Shown here piece by piece: positions 48,439 through 57,656 of a DNA stretch of 64,000 bases. The stretch lies in NCBI GenBank assembly GCA_963663385.2, contig CAXXXD010000004.1, forward strand, positions 768,001 through 832,000, written 5' to 3'. A program made the position numbers and the translations under genes. Source of the DNA: Oceanispirochaeta sp. (GTDB taxonomy: Bacteria; Spirochaetota; Spirochaetia; DSM-2461). The notes under the pieces are model-generated. The model was given only the letters and a program-made list of their open reading frames with translations. It was not told the DNA's origin and searched no databases. How positions within the stretch are numbered: the stretch's first letter is position 1; the number at the start of each line of letters is the position of its first letter.

Positions 48439-49277
48439 AGGGTTACCACCAGTTTTCTATCGGCCCAGCAGTTGACGCTTACCGCGACGGGGAGGCCTGC
48501 AATATGGGTCGGGTATTTTTCAATTTTCACCCCCAGGGCTGTTGTCTTTCCCCCCAGCCCGCCCGAACCGATCCCTGTCGCGTTGATGCGGTTCAGAATT
48601 TCATCTTCCAGTTCGGCGTACCAGGGGTCGCTGTGATGTTCATCCAGGTTCCTCAGCAGGGCTTTTTTGGATAACCGGGCGGCATAATCCATGGTTCCTC
48701 CCATTCCCACTCCCAGAACAACCGGGGGGCAGGGGGCTCCGCCGGCCTCTTTGACCACGTTGACAACCGATTCAATGACTGTTTCCCTGTCAGCTGTCGG
48801 TTTATGCATTATAATGCGGCTGCAGTTTTCACTGCCGAATCCCTTGAGAAGTCCCTGGATCACCAGTCTGTCTCCGGGGATGCTGTCATAGTAGATAATG
48901 GGGGGAAGGTTGTTCCCCGTATTCTTTCTCTCTTTAAGAGGATCCTCCACTACGGATTTTCTGAAAAATCCTTCTTTATAGGCATCTTCTACCGCACGCT
49001 GGATCAGGGCTTCCAGAGGCTCTCCCTCCAGTTGAAGTTCCCGCCCGGTAGAAACAAAGAGGATCACCATCCCCGTATCCTGACAGAGAGGTATCTTTTT
49101 TTCCCGGGCAATGACCAGATTTTCCAGGATATGTTCCAGGACGCTTCTGGCCGGTCCTTCCTCCTTGTGCTTTGCCTTCTCTATGCCGGAGAGGATGTCT
49201 TCAGGCAGAACGACACCGGCCTGTATGATCGCCTCTTTCAGGGGGGTGTAAATTTCCTGTGAGTTCAGCTTTCTCAT
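48435..49277 (-). CDS. Class I Fe-S fumarate hydratase, alpha subunit
   Basis: PLCQDTG, KGFGSEN, GGAPCPP, GLGGKTT, PTHIAGLPVAV..NCWA.R. Confidence 0.92.
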   Translation of the reverse strand: MRKLNSQEIYTPLKEAIIQAGVVLPEDILSGIEKAKHKEEGPARSVLEHILENLVIAREKKIPLCQDTGMVILFVSTGRELQLEGEPLEALIQRAVEDAYKEGFFRKSVVEDPLKERKNTGNNLPPIIYYDSIPGDRLVIQGLLKGFGSENCSRIIMHKPTADRETVIESVVNVVKEAGGAPCPPVVLGVGMGGTMDYAARLSKKALLRNLDEHHSDPWYAELEDEILNRINATGIGSGGLGGKTTALGVKIEKYPTHIAGLPVAVSVNCWADRKLVVTL

Positions 49278-50086
49278 TTATTTGCGTATCCTTTAATATT
49301 TTCCAGTTCGGTTTTTGTCTGACTCAGTTCCTTCATAAGGGAGAGCATTCTGACGCTGTTTTTCATTCTGGCCATAAAAAGATTCACATCGAAGGGTTTC
49401 ATAATATAATCATCTGCTCCAAAGAGGAGAATCTGGGACATGGCTTTATAGCTTCTGATTCCGGATATGGCAATGATGACTTTATCTCCCTCCTGTTTCC
49501 GGAGTTCCATTACCACATCCTCCCCCGACAGGTCCGGCATTATCAGATCAACCAGATAAATGGCGTATTTTTTACTGCTTTTAAGCAGATCTCCGGGATT
49601 CTGGAAATAGTCCACATGCCGGATTTTATTCAGTTCGAATATGCTCCGTATGGCGCTCAGGGCCAGTTTGCTGTCATCCAGTACGGCTATTTCCAGTCCC
49701 TGCAGCTCCCGGGTGAACCCGTCTTCAGAAATAAAAATATCAAAATATTTATCCAGTCGGTTCTGGGACAGTTCCGATTTAAGAATATAGTCCACTACAC
49801 CCATATCAAAAAGTTCCTCCCTTGATTCCAGGGAGTTGTTGGATGTTACAGCGATGACAGGGACTTTTGCCCAGGGGGATTTCTTCAGGTTCCGGATAAA
49901 CTCCTCACCATGACAGTCTGCCAGTTCCAGTCCGGTAATTATCAGGTCTACTTCTTCCTTTTTTAATATCTCCATAGCAGTAGCGGCGCTGTCTGTCTCT
50001 TCAAACTGCAGCCCTTTTTCAATGGCAATATTACGGATAATTTTTCGTACGAACTGACTGTTATCTATGTGCAGTATTCTTTTCAT
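49274..50086 (-). CDS. Tandem receiver-domain response regulator (first domain atypical)
   Basis: REC1 ILHIDNS...DLIITG (phospho-Asp replaced); REC2 VLDDS...LVDLIMPD...GADDYIMKPF. Confidence 0.85.
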   Translation of the reverse strand: MKRILHIDNSQFVRKIIRNIAIEKGLQFEETDSAATAMEILKKEEVDLIITGLELADCHGEEFIRNLKKSPWAKVPVIAVTSNNSLESREELFDMGVVDYILKSELSQNRLDKYFDIFISEDGFTRELQGLEIAVLDDSKLALSAIRSIFELNKIRHVDYFQNPGDLLKSSKKYAIYLVDLIMPDLSGEDVVMELRKQEGDKVIIAISGIRSYKAMSQILLFGADDYIMKPFDVNLFMARMKNSVRMLSLMKELSQTKTELENIKGYANK

Positions 50087-50137
50087 TTGTTCATCCTTCC
50101 GTGAGTCTTTCCATTATAGTATGAGAGGCGTTCAGGA

Positions 50138-50196
50138 TAAACATAAAAAGCAACAGAAACAATAAAAGAATTCAGTTTATGTTTATACTCTGTTCA
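50138..50196. promoter_or_regulatory. OmpR-type tandem direct-repeat boxes in the divergent promoter region
   Basis: TAAACATA(50138)/GCAACAGA(50150) on + and TATGTTTA(50178)/TCTGTTCA(50189), the same motif on -, 11-12 bp period. Confidence 0.55.
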
Positions 50197-50219
50197 TATT
50201 TAGTTGTATAGTATTAATC

Positions 50220-50921
50220 ATGACGAGAATACTGGTTGCAGAAGATGAGAAGAAAATTAACGATATGATTTGTGACTATCTGGAGGCGCTGGGATTTGAA
50301 ACCGATTCCGCTCCGGATGGGCGGGAAGCCCTGAAACAGTTCCGGAAGAATCCCCCGGATCTTGTCCTTATGGATATTATGATGCCTGTTCTGGATGGTA
50401 CGGATGTCCTCCGGGAGATACGGAAGGAGAGTCGTGTCCCTGTAATAATGGTAACGGCCAGGGCAGATGAAGGGGATAAGGTCCTGGGGCTTGAACTGGG
50501 TGCGGACGATTATATAACCAAGCCTTTCAGTATGAAAGAGATGGCCGCCCGTATCAGAGCGGTTCTCAGACGGGCTGAGCCGGTTCCGGGTCCGGATGGA
50601 TCCGCAGCTGAAGAGGAACCAGTCTCTCTCCGGGAATTAACCCTCGATCCGGTCAAGAGGAGTGTCCGTATCGGCGGGAAGTCTGTGGAAATGACAGCCG
50701 CCCAGTTCAGTATTCTCCATAAGATGATTCGAACACCCGGCAGGGTCTATACCCGGATGGATCTGCTCAAGTCTTTTCAGGAGGATCCCTATGAGGGGTA
50801 TGAGCGATCGATTGATGTACATATCAAAAATATCCGGAAACTCATAGAGTCCGATCCGTCTCATCCCGGGTATATACAGACCGTATGGGGTGTCGGGTAT
50901 AAAATGAAGGAAGAAGAGTGA
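50220..50921 (+). CDS. OmpR family response regulator (BaeR-like)
   Basis: VAEDE, LMDIMMP, GADDYITKPF; winged helix RSIDVHIKNIRK...TVWGVGY. Confidence 0.95.
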   Translation: MTRILVAEDEKKINDMICDYLEALGFETDSAPDGREALKQFRKNPPDLVLMDIMMPVLDGTDVLREIRKESRVPVIMVTARADEGDKVLGLELGADDYITKPFSMKEMAARIRAVLRRAEPVPGPDGSAAEEEPVSLRELTLDPVKRSVRIGGKSVEMTAAQFSILHKMIRTPGRVYTRMDLLKSFQEDPYEGYERSIDVHIKNIRKLIESDPSHPGYIQTVWGVGYKMKEEE

Positions 50922-52336
50922 AGTTCTCCCTTTCGTTAAAACTGGTGTTTCTTATTGCCGGCACTATCCTGATCAGCAGTCTGGTTACAATTGTGCTGGT
51001 TAACTCCTACTCATCCCGCCGGTTCAAAGGGTACGCTCTGCAGCGTGATATCAATATTGCCCTGACCATCGCCGGATACCTTACCGATGCGGCGGAACAG
51101 GGACAGCTGGAAGAAGCCGTTCAATCCTTCTCCCTGATTCAGAACACTCCGGTTCCCGCCATGAACAGGGCTCCCGGAATGATGGGAGGCGGGCGCATGG
51201 GAATGAGACAGGATGAACAGCGGATCGCACCTGTCCCCTTTGTAATCGCCGATGAATCAGGCCGCATCCTCAGAAAGAACTTCCCCGATGTTGAAGATCA
51301 TAAATTTCATCTCTCCAGAGAGACTGTTTCAGAAGGGGTTCTGTATTATGATCAGAACCATCAGCCGGCCGGCTATGTACTGGCCGGTTCCATGATAGGA
51401 GGAAAACTGTCTGAAAATGAAGCTGTTTATCTGAAATCCCTGTCATCGGGTATCCTGTTTTCCTCCTTCCTTGCCTTGATTCTGGCATGTCTCATTGGTC
51501 TGGCTGCTCTCGGCAGGATTCTTAAACCCCTCAAATCCCTGAACGAAGGTGTCCGTCAGTTAAGCCGTGGAAACTACTCCTGTCAGGTCGAGAACCCCGG
51601 GAGCGGGGATGAAATCAGTCAATTGGCCGAAGGATTTAATGAAATGGCCCGCTCCCTGCAGGCTTCCGAACAGTGGAAGAAACAGATAATTTCCGATACG
51701 GCCCACGAACTGCGCACTCCTGTAAGTCTGATCATGGGGAATCTGGAAATGATGCTGGAAGGGGTTTATCAGGCAGATGAAACAAGATTGCGTTCTCTTT
51801 ATGATGAAAGCGCTCTTCTGGCAGAACTGATACAGGATCTGCATGAACTTTCAAGCGTTGAATCATCCATGACCAGCCTGGAGAGAGAGCCTTTTGAGCC
51901 GGATACCCTGCTGCGGCTCAGTGCAGAGGGATTCAAGGCGGTCTCGCGGGATAAGGATCTTAAGCTTGTGGTGGAGGCCGGCTTCGGGAGGTCCTGGAAC
52001 GGGGACCGCAGAAAGATTCAGCAGGTTATTAAAAATCTCCTGTCCAATGCAGTGAAGTTCACTCCTCCCAGGGGGACTATTTTTCTGCGATCCTACCAGT
52101 TGAACAGGGAGCTTGTCATTGAGGTGGAGGATACGGGACCGGGGATTCCGGAAGAAGAGAGAAGCAGAATATTTGACCGTTTCTACAGGATGGACAGGTC
52201 CCGTAACAGGAAAGACGGGGGGGCCGGTTTAGGGCTGGCTATCAGTAAAGCCATAGTAGAACTGCATAACGGAACCATTGGCGTGTACCCGGGAGAGAAG
52301 GGGGGAGCCCTTTTCAGGATAAAATTATCGATTTAA
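50918..52336 (+). CDS. HAMP sensor histidine kinase (BaeS-like)
   Basis: 2 TM, periplasmic GMMGGGRMGM stretch, HAMP DEISQLA, AHELRTP, NLLSNA, DTGPGI, GAGLGLAI. Confidence 0.95.
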   Translation: MKFSLSLKLVFLIAGTILISSLVTIVLVNSYSSRRFKGYALQRDINIALTIAGYLTDAAEQGQLEEAVQSFSLIQNTPVPAMNRAPGMMGGGRMGMRQDEQRIAPVPFVIADESGRILRKNFPDVEDHKFHLSRETVSEGVLYYDQNHQPAGYVLAGSMIGGKLSENEAVYLKSLSSGILFSSFLALILACLIGLAALGRILKPLKSLNEGVRQLSRGNYSCQVENPGSGDEISQLAEGFNEMARSLQASEQWKKQIISDTAHELRTPVSLIMGNLEMMLEGVYQADETRLRSLYDESALLAELIQDLHELSSVESSMTSLEREPFEPDTLLRLSAEGFKAVSRDKDLKLVVEAGFGRSWNGDRRKIQQVIKNLLSNAVKFTPPRGTIFLRSYQLNRELVIEVEDTGPGIPEEERSRIFDRFYRMDRSRNRKDGGAGLGLAISKAIVELHNGTIGVYPGEKGGALFRIKLSI

Positions 52337-52389
52337 CATAATTCTTGACAGGAACTTCATGAAAACTTAACAGAACCGGTTTATATTAT
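52333..52389 (+). promoter_or_regulatory. Four phased direct repeats plus a -10-like box downstream of the kinase gene
   Basis: TTAACA(52333), TTGACA(52345), TTCATG(52356), TTAACA(52367); TATATT at 52382. Confidence 0.6.
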
Positions 52390-52452
52390 CCCCATCAAGT
52401 AGCTGAATGCATACAAAAACAGGGTCAAACATTGAAAAAATGCCTGACTTTA

Positions 52453-52481
52453 TTGACTTTTAGTCATGAGATTATTATATT
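52453..52481 (+). promoter_or_regulatory. Near-consensus sigma70 promoter with overlapping palindrome
   Basis: TTGACT-17bp-TATATT; palindrome TGACT-TTT-AGTCA (52454-52466). Confidence 0.7.
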
Positions 52482-52487
52482 TCAGGT

Positions 52488-52663
52488 ATTAGAGACGGTA
52501 TTTGCTGCTGTTCCAAGTTTTCCCTCCTTTTCTTGGCAGCAGTTAAAGATAAGGTAGGATTTGTTGTTAACTTATTCTATCGGAAGAAGAGCTTGATTAA
52601 CTTTTTTTCCATTTTGCTTTTGGGCCCCTGCAGTTTCCTCCTTTTCTGCAGGGGCTTTTTTTT
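52488..52663 (+). ncRNA. Candidate small RNA with four hairpins, two carrying anti-SD (CCUCCUU) loops
   Basis: Own promoter; hairpins 52504-52543, 52548-52581, 52582-52610 and terminator 52622-52663 ending in T8; no credible ORF. Confidence 0.65.
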
Positions 52664-52767
52664 ATCCAAAATTATTTTCGCATCAGTTCTTACATTTGTA
52701 AAGGAAAAAAGATAAAATATTCCCGCTAGGTGTTTTAGTACACAGGGCGGGAATAAGAAAGGAAGAA

Positions 52768-53484
52768 TTATACAGGAAGAAGACTCATAACAAGACCGAT
52801 CAAGCCCCCGAATACACCGCCCCAGAGGACCAGCCATCCCAGGTGCTTGCGGATCATATCCTGTATTATTTCTTTAACCATCCCGGGAGTCAGTTCTTCC
52901 AGGCGTGTAAAAACAATATTTTCCACTTTTGAAATAATGTCTTCGGCAGCGGTTCCTGTATCAATCGCGGAGGCAAGGGTTTTGTGAAATTCAGGGGTGG
53001 CCGTTTCCGTCAGGATAACTTCCCTGGTTTTCTCCTTGAAAGGAGCTCTGAATCCCTCAATAACCGAGGCCCCTCCGAACATCCCCAGCATCCCTCCAAA
53101 GGAGGAGGTTAGAATCGTTTCACTTAGCCCATCAAAAATCCTGTCATAGTTTACAGCTTCAGCTGCTGCCCTGAAATCTACTTTTGCCGTCAGAACACCT
53201 GCCTCATCATTCATAATGCGGGAAACATTCTCTTCTGTAAAAAACTGATCCATTATCATCTGATGGATCCCTTTTTTAAAATCCTCAAAATGGAGGGGGA
53301 TGACGCCGGAACCATAAAGGCCGGGTACTCTTTCAAAAAGCATATGGATAGCCAGCCAGTTTGTTACGGCTCCGGAAAGGGCAAAGAATCCCATAGACCG
53401 GATCTGTTCCTGAAACCAGGGGCTGACATATCCTGCTGCAACAACCACAAGGGTAAAAAGGGTTGTCATACTGCTCATATTCAT
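52768..53484 (-). CDS. DUF445 family membrane protein
   Basis: FALSGAVTNWLAIHMLFE.VPGLYGSGVIP; HLGWLVLWGGVFGGLIG. Confidence 0.88.
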   Translation of the reverse strand: MNMSSMTTLFTLVVVAAGYVSPWFQEQIRSMGFFALSGAVTNWLAIHMLFERVPGLYGSGVIPLHFEDFKKGIHQMIMDQFFTEENVSRIMNDEAGVLTAKVDFRAAAEAVNYDRIFDGLSETILTSSFGGMLGMFGGASVIEGFRAPFKEKTREVILTETATPEFHKTLASAIDTGTAAEDIISKVENIVFTRLEELTPGMVKEIIQDMIRKHLGWLVLWGGVFGGLIGLVMSLLPV

Positions 53485-53541
53485 CTGTTTTATCCTGCTT
53501 CTCTGTCAAAAAGATTTTTCTTCCGATATATTAAATGAGTC

Positions 53542-54624
53542 ATGGTAGTAAAAGCAATACGGTCCTGCCGGGTATTTGTTCTCCTGTTTATTCTCTTCCT
53601 GGGGCAAGGTCCCCTGATCAGCGAAGATTCTTCTCCTGAGGGACCGGTTCCCATACCTGAATTCTCTTTTGATGTGCTGGATTTCTACTCTATAGGGTGG
53701 TCCAGGCAGGGGCGGATCGCCTTCGGCGTCAGTTCTCCCGGAGAAGGCGGGGGGCGTTCATGGATCTGGTATGTTCAGGATCTTGTGGAGGATAAACTCC
53801 TCTTCTCAAGTCCCCGCTGGACTTTGATGGACGGCCAGACCCCTGCTGATCTCTGGGTACGCCATCCGGAATGGTACTCCCAGTTGATTCGTTTCGGAAT
53901 TACGCCGGACGATACTATAATCCGGGGGGAAAAAATCTTCCGTCTGAATGATATCCCCTACAGGATGGAAGTGAGTATGGACCGGTCGGAAACAGCTGAT
54001 GAACCGGAAGGGCTGACCAGGAACATCTCCATACAGTTTTACCGTAATAATGATACAGTCAAGGCTATCTATACATATCAGCCGGATCCGGCCAGAGAGG
54101 TTGTGGATGATATGGTGCTGAAGGGGTATGTTAAAAATCCTTTTGAAAACAGGATCGCCGTTATCGCCCTGGAAAGATCCGGTCCCCGTTCCGGGGAGAC
54201 CGAGTGGAAGTACCGTGTTTTCGGCGCCCACCTCTCAGTGGGGTTCTCTCCCCTGATCAGAAAGGGCAGCGAGCTGGCTGAAGCTGTGTTGAACGGGCAG
54301 TATTACGTAAGCCGCATGTACCTTCAGAACGGCGCAGATCCTGATGAAGAGGATCTGCGGGGGTATCCGGCTCTTCTCCTGGCAGCGAGACGAGGCCTGT
54401 GGGATATCGCTTCCCTTTTACTGGATGCCGGAGCTGATCCGGACCGGGCTGATGATACGGGAAGGACCCCCCTCCACTATGCCGTGGCAGCCCAGGAGGA
54501 AGAGGTCGTATCTCTTCTGCTGGAGAGAGGAGCTGATCCGGATCGAAAAGATTCGAAAGGTCTTTCTGCCAGGCAGGAAGCCGCCATAAAAGGGAATCCG
54601 GTCATAATACGGGAATTCCGGTAA
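53542..54624 (+). CDS. Exported protein with C-terminal ankyrin repeats
   Basis: Hydrophobic N-terminus; GYPALLLAA, LLLDAGADP, GRTPLHYAV, LLLERGADP. Confidence 0.85.
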   Translation: MVVKAIRSCRVFVLLFILFLGQGPLISEDSSPEGPVPIPEFSFDVLDFYSIGWSRQGRIAFGVSSPGEGGGRSWIWYVQDLVEDKLLFSSPRWTLMDGQTPADLWVRHPEWYSQLIRFGITPDDTIIRGEKIFRLNDIPYRMEVSMDRSETADEPEGLTRNISIQFYRNNDTVKAIYTYQPDPAREVVDDMVLKGYVKNPFENRIAVIALERSGPRSGETEWKYRVFGAHLSVGFSPLIRKGSELAEAVLNGQYYVSRMYLQNGADPDEEDLRGYPALLLAARRGLWDIASLLLDAGADPDRADDTGRTPLHYAVAAQEEEVVSLLLERGADPDRKDSKGLSARQEAAIKGNPVIIREFR

Positions 54625-54649
54625 CTGTTCAGGAATTGCAGACAGATCC

Positions 54650-56146
54650 CTATAGGGAGAAGTTAAGACCTTCGGTTTTCAGTTCTTCAATAAAGAGATC
54701 AAAGTCCCTTTCCTTCTCCAATCTGAAAAACTGCAGAACCATATAGTTCAGATCATGAAAGTCCCGCTCTTTTCTATCATAGTAATAGATTTCGTTACCC
54801 AGATAAACGGCATAGGTCAGGGCCCTGTTCTCTTCACTGCACTCCAGAGGGGTATGATGATACAGGATAGCCTGTATGAATTTTTCCGGAAAATCCCATT
54901 TTTTCATCAATTCCGCGCCGATAATTGTATGGTTGTATCCTTCTGCCAGGTCTTCCAGCAGAGTAATGGGGATATGTTTTTCCTTGCATATTTCGGTCAG
55001 TTTTTTTTCAAGGTCCGCACTGAGAGCGTTCACAATGATTTTTCCAAAGTCATGAATAAGGGCTGATATGTAAATGTCTTCAGCCAGTGTGCGGAGACCC
55101 CTGTACTTCGCCAGAAAACTGGCAATCAGGGCGACATGGAAGGAGTGGCTGTTCACTTCCTTTACCATGTTTTTGTTGTACCGTTTTTCAAATACCTTTT
55201 TTGCGCCATAGTTATAGAGTATGGATTTTACACCGAGCATACCAATCATGCTGACTGCGGCGGAAACATCCGAGATCTTGTCTCCTCTTCTGTAAACAGG
55301 AGAGTTGGCAATCCTGAGAATTTCTGTGGCAAGGGAAGGATCGGATGTAATGGTTTCGGATACGGATTCAAAGGTGCAGGCAGGATTGCTGAGTTCTTTC
55401 TGAAGGATCTGTATATTTTCGGGAAACTGGGGCATCTGATCAACTTCCCTGACGATTTCTGCTGCCAGTATATTCCCCTGTTCTCTTGATACATGGTGCA
55501 ATGGGATTGTCATTCCGGTACATCCCGAATCCCCTACATTCTGAAAGGTGAGGGACTTTTCGTCCAGATTGACCTTCCGTAACATCTGAAGGATCACAAT
55601 CAGTCCATAACCGGCCCCCTCCGTATCGTCAAACCCGTAGGCGAGGACTTCAGCAAGGGACTGAAACTGTCTTGCGACTTTTATCCGTTCTGCAATTCTC
55701 AGTTTCTCTTCATAAACCATGGGACTGTTATTCAGGATCTTTATCTCAAGCTTTTCCTCATGGATTTCATATCTGATTCGTACATAGGTGTTCTGTTCCC
55801 TGTGGGCCGCCTCATATTTTTCAAAATGATCGAACACATCCTTTTTAAAGCTGCTCATCCCTTTTCTGTAATCGGCCTCGTTATTAATATCCAGGCCCTG
55901 CATCTGAAAATAGAGTCTTTTGGAATTGGCTTTGCTGGCATTCATGCAGAGTTCATTCTGGGCGTATTCCAGATAGGAGTGGAGCTTCTCCTGACTGATT
56001 TCTGATAATACGGCTTTTAATATACGGGATAGCCCCCTGTCGCTCTCCCTGTTTACGTAAGGGATTGTGCATATAAAGTGCCTGTTCTTTTTAAACTCTT
56101 CTCTTACCGTGTCTTCCGAAACACCCAGGATATCCGTGAATTCCAT
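54650..56146 (-). CDS. HDOD domain protein with N-terminal HATPase-like domain
   Basis: ELCMNASKAN and GAGYGL; MPQFP, DPSLATEILRIANSP, LIHDFGK, NHTIIGAELMKKW.FP, YHH. Confidence 0.88.
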   Translation of the reverse strand: MEFTDILGVSEDTVREEFKKNRHFICTIPYVNRESDRGLSRILKAVLSEISQEKLHSYLEYAQNELCMNASKANSKRLYFQMQGLDINNEADYRKGMSSFKKDVFDHFEKYEAAHREQNTYVRIRYEIHEEKLEIKILNNSPMVYEEKLRIAERIKVARQFQSLAEVLAYGFDDTEGAGYGLIVILQMLRKVNLDEKSLTFQNVGDSGCTGMTIPLHHVSREQGNILAAEIVREVDQMPQFPENIQILQKELSNPACTFESVSETITSDPSLATEILRIANSPVYRRGDKISDVSAAVSMIGMLGVKSILYNYGAKKVFEKRYNKNMVKEVNSHSFHVALIASFLAKYRGLRTLAEDIYISALIHDFGKIIVNALSADLEKKLTEICKEKHIPITLLEDLAEGYNHTIIGAELMKKWDFPEKFIQAILYHHTPLECSEENRALTYAVYLGNEIYYYDRKERDFHDLNYMVLQFFRLEKERDFDLFIEELKTEGLNFSL

Positions 56147-56159
56147 GTTTTCTCCATTT

Positions 56160-57404
56160 TTAAATAGTAACTCTGTTTTTTCCCAGTTCTTTTGCTTCGT
56201 ACATTTTTTTGTCCGCTGCAGTTATCATCTCGGAAAAAGTCGCTCTCTTCTCCAGGCAGAGGCCGATGCTGGCCGTCACATTAAAGACGGTTTCATTATT
56301 CTGGAATTCTATCTTGCTGATCTTGTCCCGTATTTCCTCAAAAAGCACAAGCGCATCCTTGGGGTGCATATTGTTTCCAACGATGCAAAACTCTTCTCCC
56401 CCGTACCGGCTGATTATATCAGACTCTCTTATACTTTTTTCCAGTACTTCCGAAACCTTTTTCAGTACCTGATCGCCCGCATCATGGCCAAGGGTATCAT
56501 TGATCCATTTGAAGTTGTCCAGGTCCATCATGGCAACAATCAGGTACTGACCGGTTCTCATGGCGGATTTGAGGAGAAGATCTCCTGTTTCGTAAAGGTA
56601 TCTGCGGTTGTGAAGCCTGGTTAACGGATCAATAAGCGCTTCCTCTTTTATCAGTTCAAAGCTGTCCACCAGCTTCAGATTCTGATAGATCCGGCAGAAC
56701 AGAAGATCGCTGATAAAGGGTTTTGTAAAGAAATCATTGGCTCCGTATTTGATGAATTTGATCATCATGGAGTGGTTTCCCTTTGCGGATATTCCGATAA
56801 TGGCAAGGCGGTCGGTGGAAAAACTCTGCCGGATTTTCCTTGTCAGGTCAAATCCGTCGCAGCGGGGCATGCTGTAATCGGTCAGAACCAGTTTAATATC
56901 CATCTGTCTTTCAAGGATTTCCATCGCCTCAATCCCGTCTCTGGCTTCATATACCCTGAATTGATGGATATTCAGAAGTTGACGGAGATGTTTACGGGCA
57001 ACAGTGGAGTCATCTACCACAAGAATTCCGACATCTTTATTTTTAAAGAATCGCTGTATCATTTCCAGCAGATAGTTAATACAGTTGCTGTCTTCTTTTA
57101 AGACATAATCAATAACCCTTCTCGACCAGGTGGATTCCTGCACGTCTGGAGAAAATCTGCCGGTCATGACAATGGTCGGGATCTTCTTTGATATGCAGAG
57201 GTCTACAATTTCCCCTTCCTGTGCATCGGGAAGGTGAAAATCCAGCAGGGCAAGGGACACCTTGCCGATTTCATCCAATGCTTCCCGGGTCTGGGCCAGA
57301 GTTTTATACCAGAGAACCGTGTATCCTAACCGTGATTCAATATTATGTTTTAATAATTTACCAAAGAATTGACTGTCTTCAACGATTAGAATCTTAACTT
57401 CCAC
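56160..57404 (-). CDS. REC-REC-GGDEF diguanylate cyclase
   Basis: Two receiver domains (LLDFHLPD; LTDYSMP); DPLT.LHNRR; RESD I-site; GGEEF. Confidence 0.93.
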   Translation of the reverse strand: MEVKILIVEDSQFFGKLLKHNIESRLGYTVLWYKTLAQTREALDEIGKVSLALLDFHLPDAQEGEIVDLCISKKIPTIVMTGRFSPDVQESTWSRRVIDYVLKEDSNCINYLLEMIQRFFKNKDVGILVVDDSTVARKHLRQLLNIHQFRVYEARDGIEAMEILERQMDIKLVLTDYSMPRCDGFDLTRKIRQSFSTDRLAIIGISAKGNHSMMIKFIKYGANDFFTKPFISDLLFCRIYQNLKLVDSFELIKEEALIDPLTRLHNRRYLYETGDLLLKSAMRTGQYLIVAMMDLDNFKWINDTLGHDAGDQVLKKVSEVLEKSIRESDIISRYGGEEFCIVGNNMHPKDALVLFEEIRDKISKIEFQNNETVFNVTASIGLCLEKRATFSEMITAADKKMYEAKELGKNRVTI

Positions 57405-57656
57405 TTTTTCACCTGTTTCTCAAGAATATAACTTTTCCTGCAAGTATCCAATATGTAATGAATTTTATCTGAATGCAATCCCGGATCACGATCTTTTTTC
57501 TGATCCAGGGTATGAAATAAAGATAATGCTAATAAACAGGCAATTCCAGAAGAACATAAAAATAATCCTGCCGGATTAATTGAAGAAGAACTGTGGAAAT
57601 AGTAATCTGAAATCATCTTTACAGTTATGTGTATTTTTATAAACGGGGGAGAAATT

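Noticed and set aside
52422..52466. CtsR-like GGTCAAA/TGACT repeats
   Set aside because: Spacing does not match the CtsR heptad repeat; kept only as an unassigned palindrome
52533..52715. 60-aa TTG ORF in the sRNA region, and the opposite 86-aa ORF 52577-52837
   Set aside because: The start is buried in hairpin 1 and preceded by an anti-SD rather than an SD; the frame runs through the terminator
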